Below, in pieces: positions 48,846 through 61,864 of a DNA stretch of 64,000 nucleotides; the first letter of the stretch is position 1; every line of letters starts with the position of its first letter. The DNA is from Magallana gigas. Lineage: Eukaryota. The notes under the pieces are model-generated. The model had not been told where the DNA came from. It did not search any database and saw nothing but the letters and a program-made list of their open reading frames with translations. Made by a program: the position numbers and the translations under genes. The stretch spans positions 58,342,001 through 58,406,000 of the forward strand of contig NC_088855.1 in the NCBI RefSeq assembly GCF_963853765.1, given 5' to 3'.

Positions 48846-49841
48846 TAACGCTTGTTGCAAAATTCAAGGCAGCAACTGTTGAACTTTTTTCTACTAGACA
48901 GACATACTTTTGTTTATAGTCGCTTACAAAATTTGGTAGCTCTCTGACGCTTTGCCGACATTAAAAGCATGAGAGAGAGAAAGAGAGATTTTCAGTCTTT
49001 ACTACACAATATGCATTAAGACACACCAAGAGAGCCCGGCTTTCAGTACTTCAGTACTTTTTCTTTTATGTTATTTCTTATAACGCATACATACAAAGCT
49101 TCATTTTATCATAGCGTCATAAAAGCACAATAGCAACGATCAACTACCGTACAAGGGAAAAAATCGTTTAAAATATAAACATTTCCATAAATAATCTAAA
49201 TATTTATATTTCGATTTTGTTTATTGTGTTCAATTTTAAACGATATCGAAAAAAATGATTAAAAGTATACATAAACTGTATTTCATTAGAATGCGCAATG
49301 AAAACTTAAGTCAAACTCTTTAATTATGTCGTATAAGGGATTGTATGAAGAATTGCCGTTTACTTGCAATATTAATAACCAATCTCTATTCAATGCTTAT
49401 TAAGGTGGGTCTATTTAATATAATATACACAAATTAATGTCTATTGTAAGCCAAAACAAAAAACCAAAACAAACAAACACAATCTTTAACTTGCACTGAA
49501 TTCACGATTTAATTTCTCCGAATAAATGAGTCTTTAAAATGTACATACATATATGTAAACATGCGATAGTAAAATGAAAACTAAATGTAATTATATAATC
49601 CAGATCTACCCTGACTGTCAAGATTTGATTCCCAAGATAAAACAAAAATGATATACATGTATAACATTTCAGTATACATGAGTTATATCTTCTGAAGGTG
49701 ACGGAGACCCAAGCAGATGTCTAAATTTTCAATGGACATGCGTAGCAGTCACTTCCGTGAGCGGATACAATCTCCGATTATATCATCAGTTTATACAGTA
49801 CGGCGTAGACTAGAAGGCTGATATCACAGCGGGCCTCTGAT

Positions 49842-52800
49842 TCAGCCCGATTTACTGTCCAGTAGCATCAGCAGACGATCGCCCAGCGGGTCTTCCACCC
49901 GATCGGATTTCCTCTGGTTAAGCAGCGTCCGGGCCAGAACTTTGTGGTCGGGGTTAGAGGATTTAATGGCGGAATGGAGAAGGAGCTGGACAAACGTGTC
50001 TCTCTGTCAACAACAAAAATCTCCAATATATCAAAGACAGATCAGGTAAATCGCAAAAAAGACGTAGGCAAATAGGTGTGTGATAAGAACGAGGTCAAAA
50101 GTTCGATCTCAGTAGAAAGGCGTATTTATAAGCTTGCGCATTAAGTGGTATATTTACCAATACAAAGATATTATAATTGAATATTGTCAATTCATATCCT
50201 GACATTCTAAGTATTAGATAGATGAACCCGTTACCTGAGTTATGCTGTCCCCTATTTGGTTTAATTTACTAGTTACCTGAGCCCTGCTGTCCCCTATTTG
50301 GTTTAATTTACTAGTTACCTGAGCCCTGCTGTCCCCTATTTGGTTTAATTTACTAGTTACCTGAGCCCTGCTGTCCCCTATTTGGTGTAATTTGTTAGTA
50401 ACCTGAGCTCTGCTGTCCCCTATTTGGTTTAATTTACTAGTTACCTGAGCCCTGCTGTCCCCTATTTGGTTTAATTTACTAGTTACATGAGCCCTGCTGT
50501 CCCCTATTTGGTTTAATTTACTAGTTACCTGAGCCCTGCTGTCCCCTATTTGGTGTAATTTGTTAGTAACCTGAGCTCTGCTGTCCCCTATTTGGTGCAA
50601 TATGTTAGTTACCTGAGCTCTGCTGTCCCCTATTTGGTTTAATTTACTAGTTACCTGAGCCCTGCTGTCCCCTATTTGGTGTAATTTGTTAGTTACCTGA
50701 GCTCTGCTGTCCCCTATTTGGTGCAATATGTTAGTTACCTGAGCTCTGCTGTCCCCTATTTGGTTTAATTTACTAGTTACCTGAGCCCTGCTGTCCCCTA
50801 TTTGGTTTAATTTACTAGTTACCTGAGCCCTGCTGTCCCCTATTTGGTTTAATTTACTAGTTACCTGAGCCCTGCTGTCCCCTATTTGGTGTAATTTGTT
50901 AGTAACCTGAGCTCTGCTGTCCCCTATTTGGTGCAATATGTTAGTTACCTGAGCTCTGCTGTCCCCTATTTGGTTTAATTTACTAGTTACCTGAGCCCTG
51001 CTGTCCCCTATTTGGTGTAATTTGTTAGTTACCTGAGCTCTGCTGTCCCCTATTTGGTGCAATATGTTAGTTACCTGAGCTCTGCTGTCCCCTATTTGGT
51101 TTAATTTACTAGTTACCTGAGCCCTGCTGTCCCCTATTTGGTGTAATTTGTTAGTAACCTGAGCTCTGCTGTCCCCTATTTGGTGTAATTTACAAGTTTC
51201 CTGAGTCCTGAAGTACCCTATTTGGTGTAATTTACTAATTACCTGAGTTCTGCTGTCCCCTATTTGGTGTAATTTACAAGTTTCCTGAGTCCTGATGTCC
51301 CCTATTTGGTGTAATTTACTAATTACCTGAGTTCTGCTGTCCCCTATTTGGTGTAATTTACTAGTTACCTGAGCCCTGCTGTCCCCTATTTGGTGTATCT
51401 TGTTAGTAACCTGAGCCCTGCTGTCCCCTATTTGGTGTAATTTACAAGGTCCTGTGCTCTGCTGTCCCCTATTTTGTGTAATTTGTTAGTTACCTGAGCT
51501 CTGCTGTCCCTTATTTGGTGTAATTTGTTAGTTACCTGAGCTCTACTGTCCCCTATTTTGTGTAATTTGCTAGTTACCTGAGCTCTGCTGTCCCCTATTT
51601 GGTGTAATTTACTAGGTCCTGTGCTCTGCTGTCCCCTATTTTGTGTATTTTGTTAGTTACATGAGCTCTACTGTCCCCTATTTGGTGTAACTTGTTAGTT
51701 ACCTGAGCCCTGCTGTCCCCTATTTGGTGTAATTTATTAGGTCCTGTGCTCTGCTGTACCCTATTTGGTGTAATTTGCTAGTTACCTGAGCTCTGCTGTC
51801 CCCTATTTGGTGTAATTTGCTAGTTACCTGAGCCCTGCTTCCCCCTATTTGGTGTAATTTGCTAGTTAATTGAGCTCTGCTGTCCCCTATTTGGTTTAAT
51901 TTACTAGTTACCTGAGCCCTGCTGTCCCCTATTTGGTTTAATTAGCTAGTTACCTGAGCTGTACTGTCCCCTATTTTGTGTAATTTGCTAGTTATCTGAG
52001 CTCTGCTGTCCCTTATTTGGTGTAATTTGCTAGTTACCTGAGCTCTGCTGTCCCCTATTTGGTGTAATTTGTTAGTTACCTGAGCTCTGCTGTCCCCTTT
52101 TTGGTGCAATTTACTAGTTACCTGAGCCCTGCTGTCCCCCATTTGATGTAATTTGTTAGTTACCTGAGCTTTACTGTCCCCTTTTTTGTGTAATTTGTTA
52201 GTTACCTGAGCTCTGCTGTCCCCTATTTGGTGTAATTTGTTAGTGACCTGAGCTCTACTGTCCCCTATTTTGTGTAATTTGCTAGTTACCTGAGCTCTGC
52301 TGTCCCCTATTTGGTGTAATTTACTAGGTCCTGTGCTCTGCTGTCCCCTATTTTGTGTAATTTGTTAGTTACCTGAGCTCTGCTGTCCCCTATTTGGTGT
52401 AATTTGTTAGTTACCTGAGCTCTGCTGTCCCCTATTTTGTGTAATTAGTTAGTTACCTGAGCTCTGCTGTCCCCTATTTGGTGTAATGTGCTAGTTACCT
52501 GAGCTCTGCTGTCCCCTATTTGGTGTAATATGCTAGTTACCTGAGCTCTGCTGCCCCCTATTTGGTGTAACTTGTTAGTTACCTGAGCTCTGCTGCCCCC
52601 TATTTGGTGTAACTTGTTAGTTACCTGAGCTCTGCTGCCCCCTATTCGGTTTAGTTTGCTGTATACAGAGTTCAGACAGTTGGTGGCCGTCTCGTAGTGT
52701 CCTTCCTCAAACGCCGTTATTCCAGCACACAGGGGCATGCCCACATCATGCGTCACCTGAGCGTTTGTTCCAGTGTTATTCCTGGAAGCATCAATAAACA

Positions 52801-54537
52801 TTCATGGAAATACTTTAATACTTTTTAACAATTTTTTTTAACTCTCTTACTTACTTATCATAAAAAAGATTTAGAGTGCCGCCTTACGTGACGTATTCCT
52901 TGAGGCCCTCCAGAAGTTCATTAGCCCGCTCTTTCTCTCCGTTTCTGTACAGAGTAAACAGGATGTGTAGATCTGTGTACACCCACGTGTGATGCCCGCT
53001 AAATTTGTCAACTAGGTCCAGGACCCCCTTCCAACGCTGGGGCACGCGCACGTCTGTCCAAATCATATACCAGTAGATATAACTAAATGTGTACGTCTCT
53101 CAAACGTGCCTAACTAAATCTTACTTCTGTGACGATACCCAATACATAAGAATCATCCTCCGATTTTCTTACACCATTTAATATTATTTTAACATTGATT
53201 TGTTCAAAGTGCAATGTAATCCTGGATGTGAATTTTCTCTCATGAATAGTTTGGAATCGTTAACAGTGCGAGACATATTCTTTTCATTTTTGAGAATCTA
53301 TATATGTATGTTAATTGATTAATGATGACATAGTGGGGTAACATAGTGGAATAGAAGATACTATAATATTTAGACGTACCTTCGAATGCCAAACGGTACA
53401 GGAGGGAGGACGCATCATTAAAGTTCCCGCGCGCAATGATCTGAAAACGGTCAACTACTTAATATTTATCAAGAAATGTGGAGAATGAATATGAACACTT
53501 AACGATTGGTAGACGAAATCTTGCCTTTACTTTTTCATCAAACACCTTGACGGCAAGATCGAACTGTCCCTGAAAAAAAAAATAAAAAGGATTAAACACA
53601 AAAGTAAGTTTTAGTCTTCATGAGCGGATCATACAAGAGTGGAGTTGTCCAAAGTTTCATAAATATCAAACATGCATGCATGCAAACAGAAATTGGCCAA
53701 ATAAAACTCCGCTTTGACAATATGGTTCCCTCTTTTAAGTAAGTAAGTAGATATATAAGTAACTACAGCAGAAGTAAAGCAGCTTGCTTCTTAAAAAAAA
53801 CAAGAGTTTTTGCTAATTAAGTGGGTATGGACCAGTTCTAGAAGAATTCCAGATTCCACATCCGGTTTTTTGGGGGGTTTTTTCGGGGGGGGGGGGGTGT
53901 ACATTTATGTAACATCAATAAAAGTTTAAACACCCAATTTTATTCCATTTATGTAAATTCTCAAAAGGAAAAAAGTCAATAAATTTATAAAATTTTTATC
54001 CATTAAAACAAAGTATATTTATGGCATTTAGATAAAATGTCTTAGAGGGTTGTCTTAAATAGACAACCGGAAACGAGTGTCGACCAGACCCCGTATTCCA
54101 TTGTCCATCCCTCACAGACCGATTGTAAATGATACAGTTCTAGTATTACTTAACATCTAAAGACTACGTAATCAGATAGGTTTTGTGGACTCTTTGCTGT
54201 GAACACGAAGAGTTATCAGATGTAACTTTAACATAACGCCGTATCCTATAGCCTAACCTATCCTTGATCCTGCAGTAGAGGAAGTCACCGTCAAACTACC
54301 AGCATAGTTGTGGAACCACGCACATGCTATTAAGACGTCAATAAATTATCATCAGATTCTGAAAAGCCGCTAGATATATTACAGAAGAATCTTTTTAAGT
54401 ATGAAGACGTGAGCTTCTTTTATAGATATAGATAAACCTACCTTTTCAACATGGAATAAAGCCTCGTGCCATGCAATGTGACAGGCCAAGCTGCAGGACT
54501 GCAAAACAGGAAATAGATTGAGTTAATAACCATTTAT

Positions 54538-54611
<74 letters not shown>

Positions 54612-57547
54612 TACCGCCCAGTACTTTTCTTTACTCTGTAGAAACGCTAGTCCGGCATCGTGCATTCCTTTCTCCAGATGTACATGGGCCATTGTGTGGA
54701 TGGCAAAGGTTTCTCTGGGAGACGCAGCGAGGCTCTGTAAACCAGTAATTAATTGTACTCAGTTGTTAGGGTTCCCCTCTACTCTACATGCACTGTCACG
54801 ATGAAACTGTTCGTACACCAAAAAATCTTGAAAACAAAAATTTACAGAATTTGACATTGACCTTGTATGCGTTCTCTTCAGCTTCTGGAAGCTGCGAGTT
54901 TTCCTCATGAGCAAAGGCCTTCCATCCTAAAATAGTGCTGGAAGAGAAAATAACATACCTGGTGTGTCTCCCATTTACAGTGTCGCAATACTCTCAACAT
55001 TTGTACGAAGCACAGAGATGAACACATTGTAGCATTATCTGTATAACTATACTCATTACTCATGTAGCTGAATCACGCTATGTATTTTGAGTTTATTAAG
55101 GTCAGACGACACGTTCCTCGAGAATCTTTTTGGTATCTCCTCGTAATAAAGAGTTCCAATAAAAAATATTAATTTTATAATTACTTTAAAAAGGATCAAA
55201 ATTTACTTGGCTTTGGTTATGTGTGTGGATGGTCGAGTGGTTAGAACCGTGGCCGCTCACGGCCAGAGGCGTATAGGTTCTAGAGGTCGTGAGTTCAAAG
55301 CCCGCCCCGGCGAAGATATAGTTCTAATATAGTGAATTTCGCTGTGCTGTAGATGTATCTATTTTTATATCAGCAATCCAAGTGTATTTTCAAGAAGATT
55401 ATATAGGAAATTGCATACTCTAGTATTTTGCAGAAATGCCTGGTAAAGTACCCTAATTTTTTGCAAGAAAGCTTGTCAAAGTAGTAGTAAACGATTAACA
55501 AATTCCTGGAAAAAGTTATTTAAAATTGAGGAACGTGTCGTCTGACCTTAATAAACCAAATTGTACATATACACAATGATACCCAGTACACTGATTCAAA
55601 GAAGAAATATTGTAATAATTTCATCTGTTTCATAGCAGCCAAATGTAGGTCTGATGCATATATACATAAAATGGCCTTCATCTACATTTGCAAAATCAAT
55701 ATCCCACGTATACAAATTCAATTTACTCAAGTTCAATCCCGAGGATTGGTTTTAATGCAAAGCTTTGATTTTCTGGGCAGAAAATACGTTACAAATCATT
55801 CCTTAGTATTTTGTTTTCTTCATTTTATCTGAGTTTATTAATTTACGTCTTACCTTGTCAGGAAGTGTTATTGAAAATAAAATGGTTATTGTTCTGCCTT
55901 TCCCATTTTAATTAACAGTAGAAGTTTTTTTCAAAAATCAGTTTCTTCATCTGCTCTTGACAAGTACAAAATAATGAAATCACTTTTTCGTTCCATGTCT
56001 CCCCGTAAAGACTTGTTTACATTACAAGTAAGTGACACAAAGCCACGTGACCCGGTTACCTGTACCCCGGAGTTTCAGGTGTGTAAGCGTCAATCACAGA
56101 CGCCATCATGTCAAGCATTTCGTTGAACATGCCCAGCTCGTAGTATTTAAAGAAAGCCAATAGACAGGCCAGCAGGTCCGTGGGAGAATCCTTCAGTATG
56201 TTACGGTACACTTCTATAGCTTCCGTCAGTTTCCTAGCGTATACACATTTGTACACAAGATTAAAAAAAGATTAATGTCCAACCAATTATATCTTTATTC
56301 TAGTTTTAAAGTACTTAGGTTGCAAATTCAGTCATATGATATTGTAATTAACGTTATACACACCCTTCTGTAACGAGCTTTAGAGCAGTCACATGTTTAC
56401 TTTCTCTTTCAGTTACTTTCTGTTTGGCGGCTAGAGCTAAGATACTGTCTACTGTTTTAATGACTTCCTCTGTTTCTGTCTTCGATCCGCCAAATTTCAT
56501 GGAGTTAACAAAAACCTGTCCCATTACTTGGAAATGAAAACAAAAAAACATTTGTCATTCGACGTGACTACAGCCACTTCACAGGCTGATAACAGATGCA
56601 TGTACAATAGAACCATACAGACAGTATATCTGGAAGTAACAAAATAATCAATTTATCAGTTCAATCCAATATGAGAGGGAATTGATTTGAAACTAAAGCG
56701 CTAACGTTCGTTTTTCACGTGTCTGTTTTCTATCTTACCGAAATCTGGGTCAGCTTCCATCATATTCTTGAATGAGTTGCCCACCCCTCCCGCCTCTTCG
56801 TCGGCGTACATTGTTGTGATCTGACGGAGGATAAAAATTAAGGTATTCAATGTATAATGAAGGGATATTGAACAATTTTGATTGGTTTAAAACCAGTTAA
56901 ATATGTACTGCTAAAAAACAATGAAAGTTATAAGAAGCCGGTCATTTTGCACCTTAAAATATTTTTAAGAGTTTTCTCCCCTTATTGAAAAAAAGAAAAT
57001 TTTAATTTCGTCAGAATATCTGCGGTAAATGAGTCATTTTAATTCATATTTTAATAAAGAGAAAGTTTATGCATGTATTAACCAAGAGAATTTTACAAAT
57101 TTTAAGTTACTTTTTACATTATCGCATTAAAACATACGTTGCCCATAGACTTCAATACAAAATTCAAGGTGTATTTAGTTGGCCCATAATTAATATTTTG
57201 AAAATTCCTTTGGTGGAGTATTTTCATTTGATAACACCTTCAAAATGATACCATGATTAGGAATATCGGACCATTCATTTCTTAGGTACAAAATGTGGTC
57301 GTTATACATCGAATACCTTAAAACAGAAAAAATAAGTCTCTGTATGTGGGAAGAATTATCATTCCCATTCTGTACCAATATGTACAACTGGCATTAATTC
57401 TTACACAAAAAAATAAAAAGAAAACTAAAAAAAAACATAACACGATGCGATAATGACAAGCATATCAAGTGATATATGAATCAATTTTTTAAAAGCAAAT
57501 TTTCTCTGCAAAAAAGTCAAAGCAACAATCAAATATAATTCATAGTG

Positions 57548-57635
<88 letters not shown>

Positions 57636-59457
57636 GTAGGGAATATTTAAAAATAATAGCAATATAATTAATATTTCTGAGGTAAGCCTAAATTCTATCT
57701 GTCACATATACATACTTGAGTCAGAGAAGCATCAAACCACTTGCATGCGTCATCGTTAGATGACGTCATGGGGAGCTTGGAGTTCCTCCAACCCTGAAAC
57801 AGAAAGGCCAAGGATAAACAAACAACTGATGTGGCACAGATGCACCTAGGTTCAAACACAAAATAAGCAACCAAGTGTTTGAAGGAAAGCAATTACATAT
57901 GTGTATAATGTATACATATAAGGCGATATTAAATGTTAAAGGGACCTAGACACAATTGAAATGAAAATTTTAAAATAAATTTTTCTGTATTAAATGTTTT
58001 ATTTGTGTATTTTGAATAATTCACCAAAAGTCAATGCTAGAAATCAAGTTACAATAGATTTTGAGATATTGAGGAAAAAAGTCAGTGCTCGAGTCTTATA
58101 TTTGTTTACAAATAATGAACAGTGAAGAAATTATCATTTTTTTGACAAAATAACATGTGGCAACAAGATCAACTGATTAAATTTGTTCCTAAATACTTTT
58201 ATCAACAACAAAAAGCACATTAGAGTGAAACTTATGCCAATACAGTGCATATGTAAACAATAACAAAACTCGAGCTTTGTTTACAAAACAAAGAAATTAA
58301 ACCTCTGTAACTTGCTTTGTAACTCTATATTTGACTTTCAAATTTTGACAAAGCATATTAACCATTTTAGACAACAAAAATGAAATTATAAATTTTGAAA
58401 ATTTTGAGCTCAAATCGTGTCCATATCTACAGATTAAATGTGATAGGTGTCCCATACTACTTTACACAAGCTTAAAACAATTTTGTATTTCGGCATCGCG
58501 ATAACAAAGGTCGCAGTATTCTAAGTCTTTTTTGTCCAAGATTTTTCCGGTTTATTTTTTTCCACGTTTTTTGGTTTTTCATTTTATAACTTTATAAATC
58601 AATTTTACAAATGGATGTGTAGTGCAAAGTCTGGTTTAAATTTCTATCAAAACATGAAGAAGAAAAAAGATGAAATTATAGACAGATCTAGACGGATAGA
58701 CAAACTGACAGATATACAGACGGCATGGGCATATATATATACAAACTGATTTGATTTGATATTTAAGTTTGAACTTTTAAGTGGTATACAAGTGGTGTAA
58801 CTTATCACTACGAGTAATGACCTTGAGAGATAACTTCTCCGACCGTTTCCGCCTAGATTCAACTTTACTTGGTGAACAAACTACAACTATCTACACAAAA
58901 AAATTCATATTTTTCCATAACTATAAATAATCATGTCCAGAAATGGCTGAGTTGATATTTGTGTAGAACGCCCTAGCTAACAAATATCAATTAATTCGTA
59001 AGAGAGTATATATAATAACCATAATAAACATTTGCAGGATGAACTTTATGCGTAAAAAAGTTGTATTTAAATTTCAAACTAGTGATATCCTAAATACATT
59101 TAATTTGGCTTACACCAACGAATATCTCAGGGTATCAGAACTTATTGATTAAAAATAGCACACGTCACGAGCCACACGTGTATTTACGTATATATAAAAT
59201 AGCATACTTAAAGGTCCGGCTTCAACGACATTCGGTTGTTTCTCATTAGTTAGTTAAATTCTTATCCCCGTGACCTGTTGACCCTGAGATCACGACCCAA
59301 TAATGACCCATGTTGACCCAATCACTGCTTCACCCCTATTATAGGGGCTGTAGCGTACATTGATGGTCCGGCCGGGGGTCCATACATCATCTGAGAAGTT
59401 TATGTTTTTGTTAAAAACAAACACACTCACCTCACAGTCCCTCCACGCATCCTTCAT
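49842..59457 (-). CDS. TTC38: Tetratricopeptide repeat protein 38-like
   Basis: Exons (-): 59431-59457 (MKDAWRDCE), 57716-57793 (GWRNSKLPMTSSNDDACKWFDASLTQ), 56739-56820, 56364-56526, ~56063-56225 (ILKDSPTDLLA), ~54864-54938, ~54615-54737 (AIHTMAHVH), ~54441-54500 (LACHIAWHEAL), ~53529-53570, ~53380-53442, ~52887-53056, 52625-~52784 (DVGMPLCAG...IGGSRAQ), 49842-50003 (RDTFVQLLLHSA). Collinear with TTC38 as recalled. Confidence 0.92.
50229..52660 (-). repeat. 42-bp minisatellite, ~57 copies, built from the TTC38 exon end plus donor
   Basis: Unit ttacctgagccctgctgtcccctatttggtttaatttactag (some 39-bp variants); the copy at 52619-52660 overlaps the real exon end and donor. Confidence 0.97.
54544..54609. 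repeat. (TC)n microsatellite next to a TTC38 donor
   Basis: ~33 units. Confidence 0.98.
55100..55547. mobile_element. TTAA-flanked Kolobok-like MITE containing a tRNA-like segment
   Basis: ttaa|ggtcagacgacacgttcctc ... gaggaacgtgtcgtctgacc|ttaa (perfect 20-bp TIR); A-box tggtcgagtgg at 55230, B-box-like gagttcaaagcc at 55291. Confidence 0.88.
57550..57631. repeat. (TA)n microsatellite
   Basis: ~40 units. Confidence 0.98.
57940..58423. mobile_element. Kolobok-like MITE, right end eroded
   Basis: ttaa|agggacctagacacaatt ... aaatcgtgtcca. Confidence 0.6.
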
Positions 59458-60661
59458 CGTTATTGTGTTATTAGCCTCAGTTACCACAAACAGACTTCAA
59501 TGATGGGACAAGAAAAAAAGCTGGGATTTTTTTTATATCACGTGTGCACTCAGTTCGTTGCCACTTGCCCTAGATAACGCATATATATATATGTGCGCAG
59601 TGCGCTGCTTGCCGCTTTTGGTATTTAAAAAATAAGGAGGCTTAGAAAGGAGAAAAATCCCAAAAATTATTGCTTTAGTTAATTTTGTTTCTAATTTCTT
59701 TTTTTTCCAGATATTTATTTTCAATAGTACATGCTACAAAACAATGTGCACACGAATCGGAATTTGTAGTATTAAATATATGTGTATATAATAATAAAAG
59801 CAGTAACAGCACGCATAATAATAATAAATATATCAGTCAAAGTAGTATCTATAAATAGAAAATTACAAAAATATTTTATACATCGTCTGCCAAAGTCGTA
59901 GGGTTTTTTTTTCATCATGATAATAGTATTATTAATAATTGACTAAAATATTCTGAATAAAAAGAAGTGTACATAATTTCAGCTGTAACATTTTTACAAA
60001 AAAATGAAGTCAATACTTAGGTTGTCTGAAAGGCGTTTTTCTTTAAAGTAACACGACAGCGTCCACATGTTGCGTTCAGTCAAGTAGATGATATTACAGG
60101 CCGAATGTGTGTAGAGAGGTATGTCCATCGCCGTCACAGGGTCTATATTTTACCTCCCTATAACTGTGAAAAGCCATTGGCCATATCTCCCATGGCAACA
60201 TTATATTTGCTTCAATTCAACCAAGAGTATTTAAAGAATGAAGACTATCTAGTATTTCCGATACAAGGTAGAATTTCCAAGTATTTCTGAATGCATAGTT
60301 TCAAATCACATTAAATTCATTCTGGTGTTTCAAGAATATTTTCTAGTCTACAGAACATCTTATATTTGTAAATTTTTAATGCAACAAAAGATAAAAGTAA
60401 ATTATACATGACAGTGTTTTCATTTCTGGCAGAGAAAAAACAATAACTATGTGTTTTCATTTAACATCAAAACCCCAAAAATATCCAATTTCGACGCTTT
60501 TTGCTTCCTTAACTTTGAATATTGATATTCAAATGATCTTACAAAAATCGGCTGCATTCGATTTTTCTTTAAAATCTATTTTTCTTTAAATAATTTATCA
60601 CAAAAAATAACATAAAAAATGATATAAAATTAAAAAGTATAAGTGTCAGATGTCAAGTTTG

Positions 60662-61801
60662 AACAAGAGGTTCAGAGGCCACATCGCACACCTGAGCAAC
60701 ATTTGCCTTAACTCTGATCAAACTAGCATTACAGTATCAAAATAAATTATCTTGACAACTAAGTTCAGCAAATCTTGCTTAAAAAAATTAAAAATCTGCA
60801 GATTTTTATCCACATATTTTTATGGTAAATATCAAGTTCCTTTTGTAGTTGTACCTGTAAGAAGATTTTTTTCTATTCCTTTATAATACTCCCTCCACTT
60901 TATGGCCCCACTTTCTCTAGGGAATCATGGTTTGATCAAATTTTAATCTGCACAACCCGTGCTTTCACAAAAATTACTGCTTTCTGGACTGAAAACTTTC
61001 CAAGAAAAATTTTAAAGATTTCTCTATATATTCCTATGTAAAAATTCATCCCATATTGTGACCCCACCCTACCCCCAGGGACAATGATTTAAACAAACTT
61101 GAATCTACATTATCTGAGGATGCTTCCACTCTAATTTGAGCTTTTCTTGCCCATTAGTTTTTGAGAACAAAATCTTTAAAGATTTTCTCTATATATTTTT
61201 ATGTAAAAATTCATCCCCCAATTATGGCCCCGCCCTACGCCTGGGGACCATGATTTGAACAAACTTGAATCTTATCTGTCTGAGGATGTTTCCACACAAA
61301 TTGCAGCTTTTCTGGCCCAATAGTTTTTGAGAAAAAGATTTTTAAAGATTTTCTCTATAAATCCCCAGGTAAACCTTGATCCTCTTCATTGTGGCCACTC
61401 CCTACCCCTGGGGACCATGATTTGAACAAACTTGAATCTACACTTCCTGAGGATGCCTCCACACAAGTTTAAGCTTTTATGGCCAAATGGTTTTTGAGAA
61501 GATTTTCTCAATACATTCTTATGTAAATATTAATCCCCCCCCCCCATTTTGGTCCCACCCTACCCCTGGGGACCATGATTTTAACAAACTTGAATCTACA
61601 CTAACTGAGGATGCTTCCATACAAGTTACAGCTTTACTGGCCTAATAGTTTTTGAGAAGAAGATTTTTGAAAAATATTAACAACTTTTCAATAATTTCTA
61701 AATTATCTCCCCTTTAAAGTAGGTGTGGCCCTTCATTCGAATTAGCTTAAATTCCCTTCACCCTGTGTTGCTTTCTGTGGTTGAAATCTTCCCAGTGGTT
61801 T

Positions 61802-61834
<33 letters not shown>

Positions 61835-61860
61835 ACGACGACAACGCCAACGACGACAGA
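60662..61860. mobile_element. Non-autonomous Helentron carrying Cg170-type ~166-bp satellite units
   Basis: Starts aacaagaggttcagaggccacatcgcacacctgag; gattt(g/a)aacaaacttgaatct recurs at ~61086, 61253, 61421 and 61577; ends in (acg/aca)n gacgac repeats; the usual distal terminus is missing. Confidence 0.88.
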
Positions 61861-61864
61861 AAAC

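Noticed and set aside
50214-52142. 282-aa and 66-aa repeat ORFs as independent genes, or the array as a CRISPR locus
   Set aside because: They are translations of the 42-bp minisatellite; there are no unique spacers and no cas genes, and the context is eukaryotic.
60090-60290. 61-aa ORF or exon upstream of TTC38
   Set aside because: No homology recognised and no consistent splice partners.
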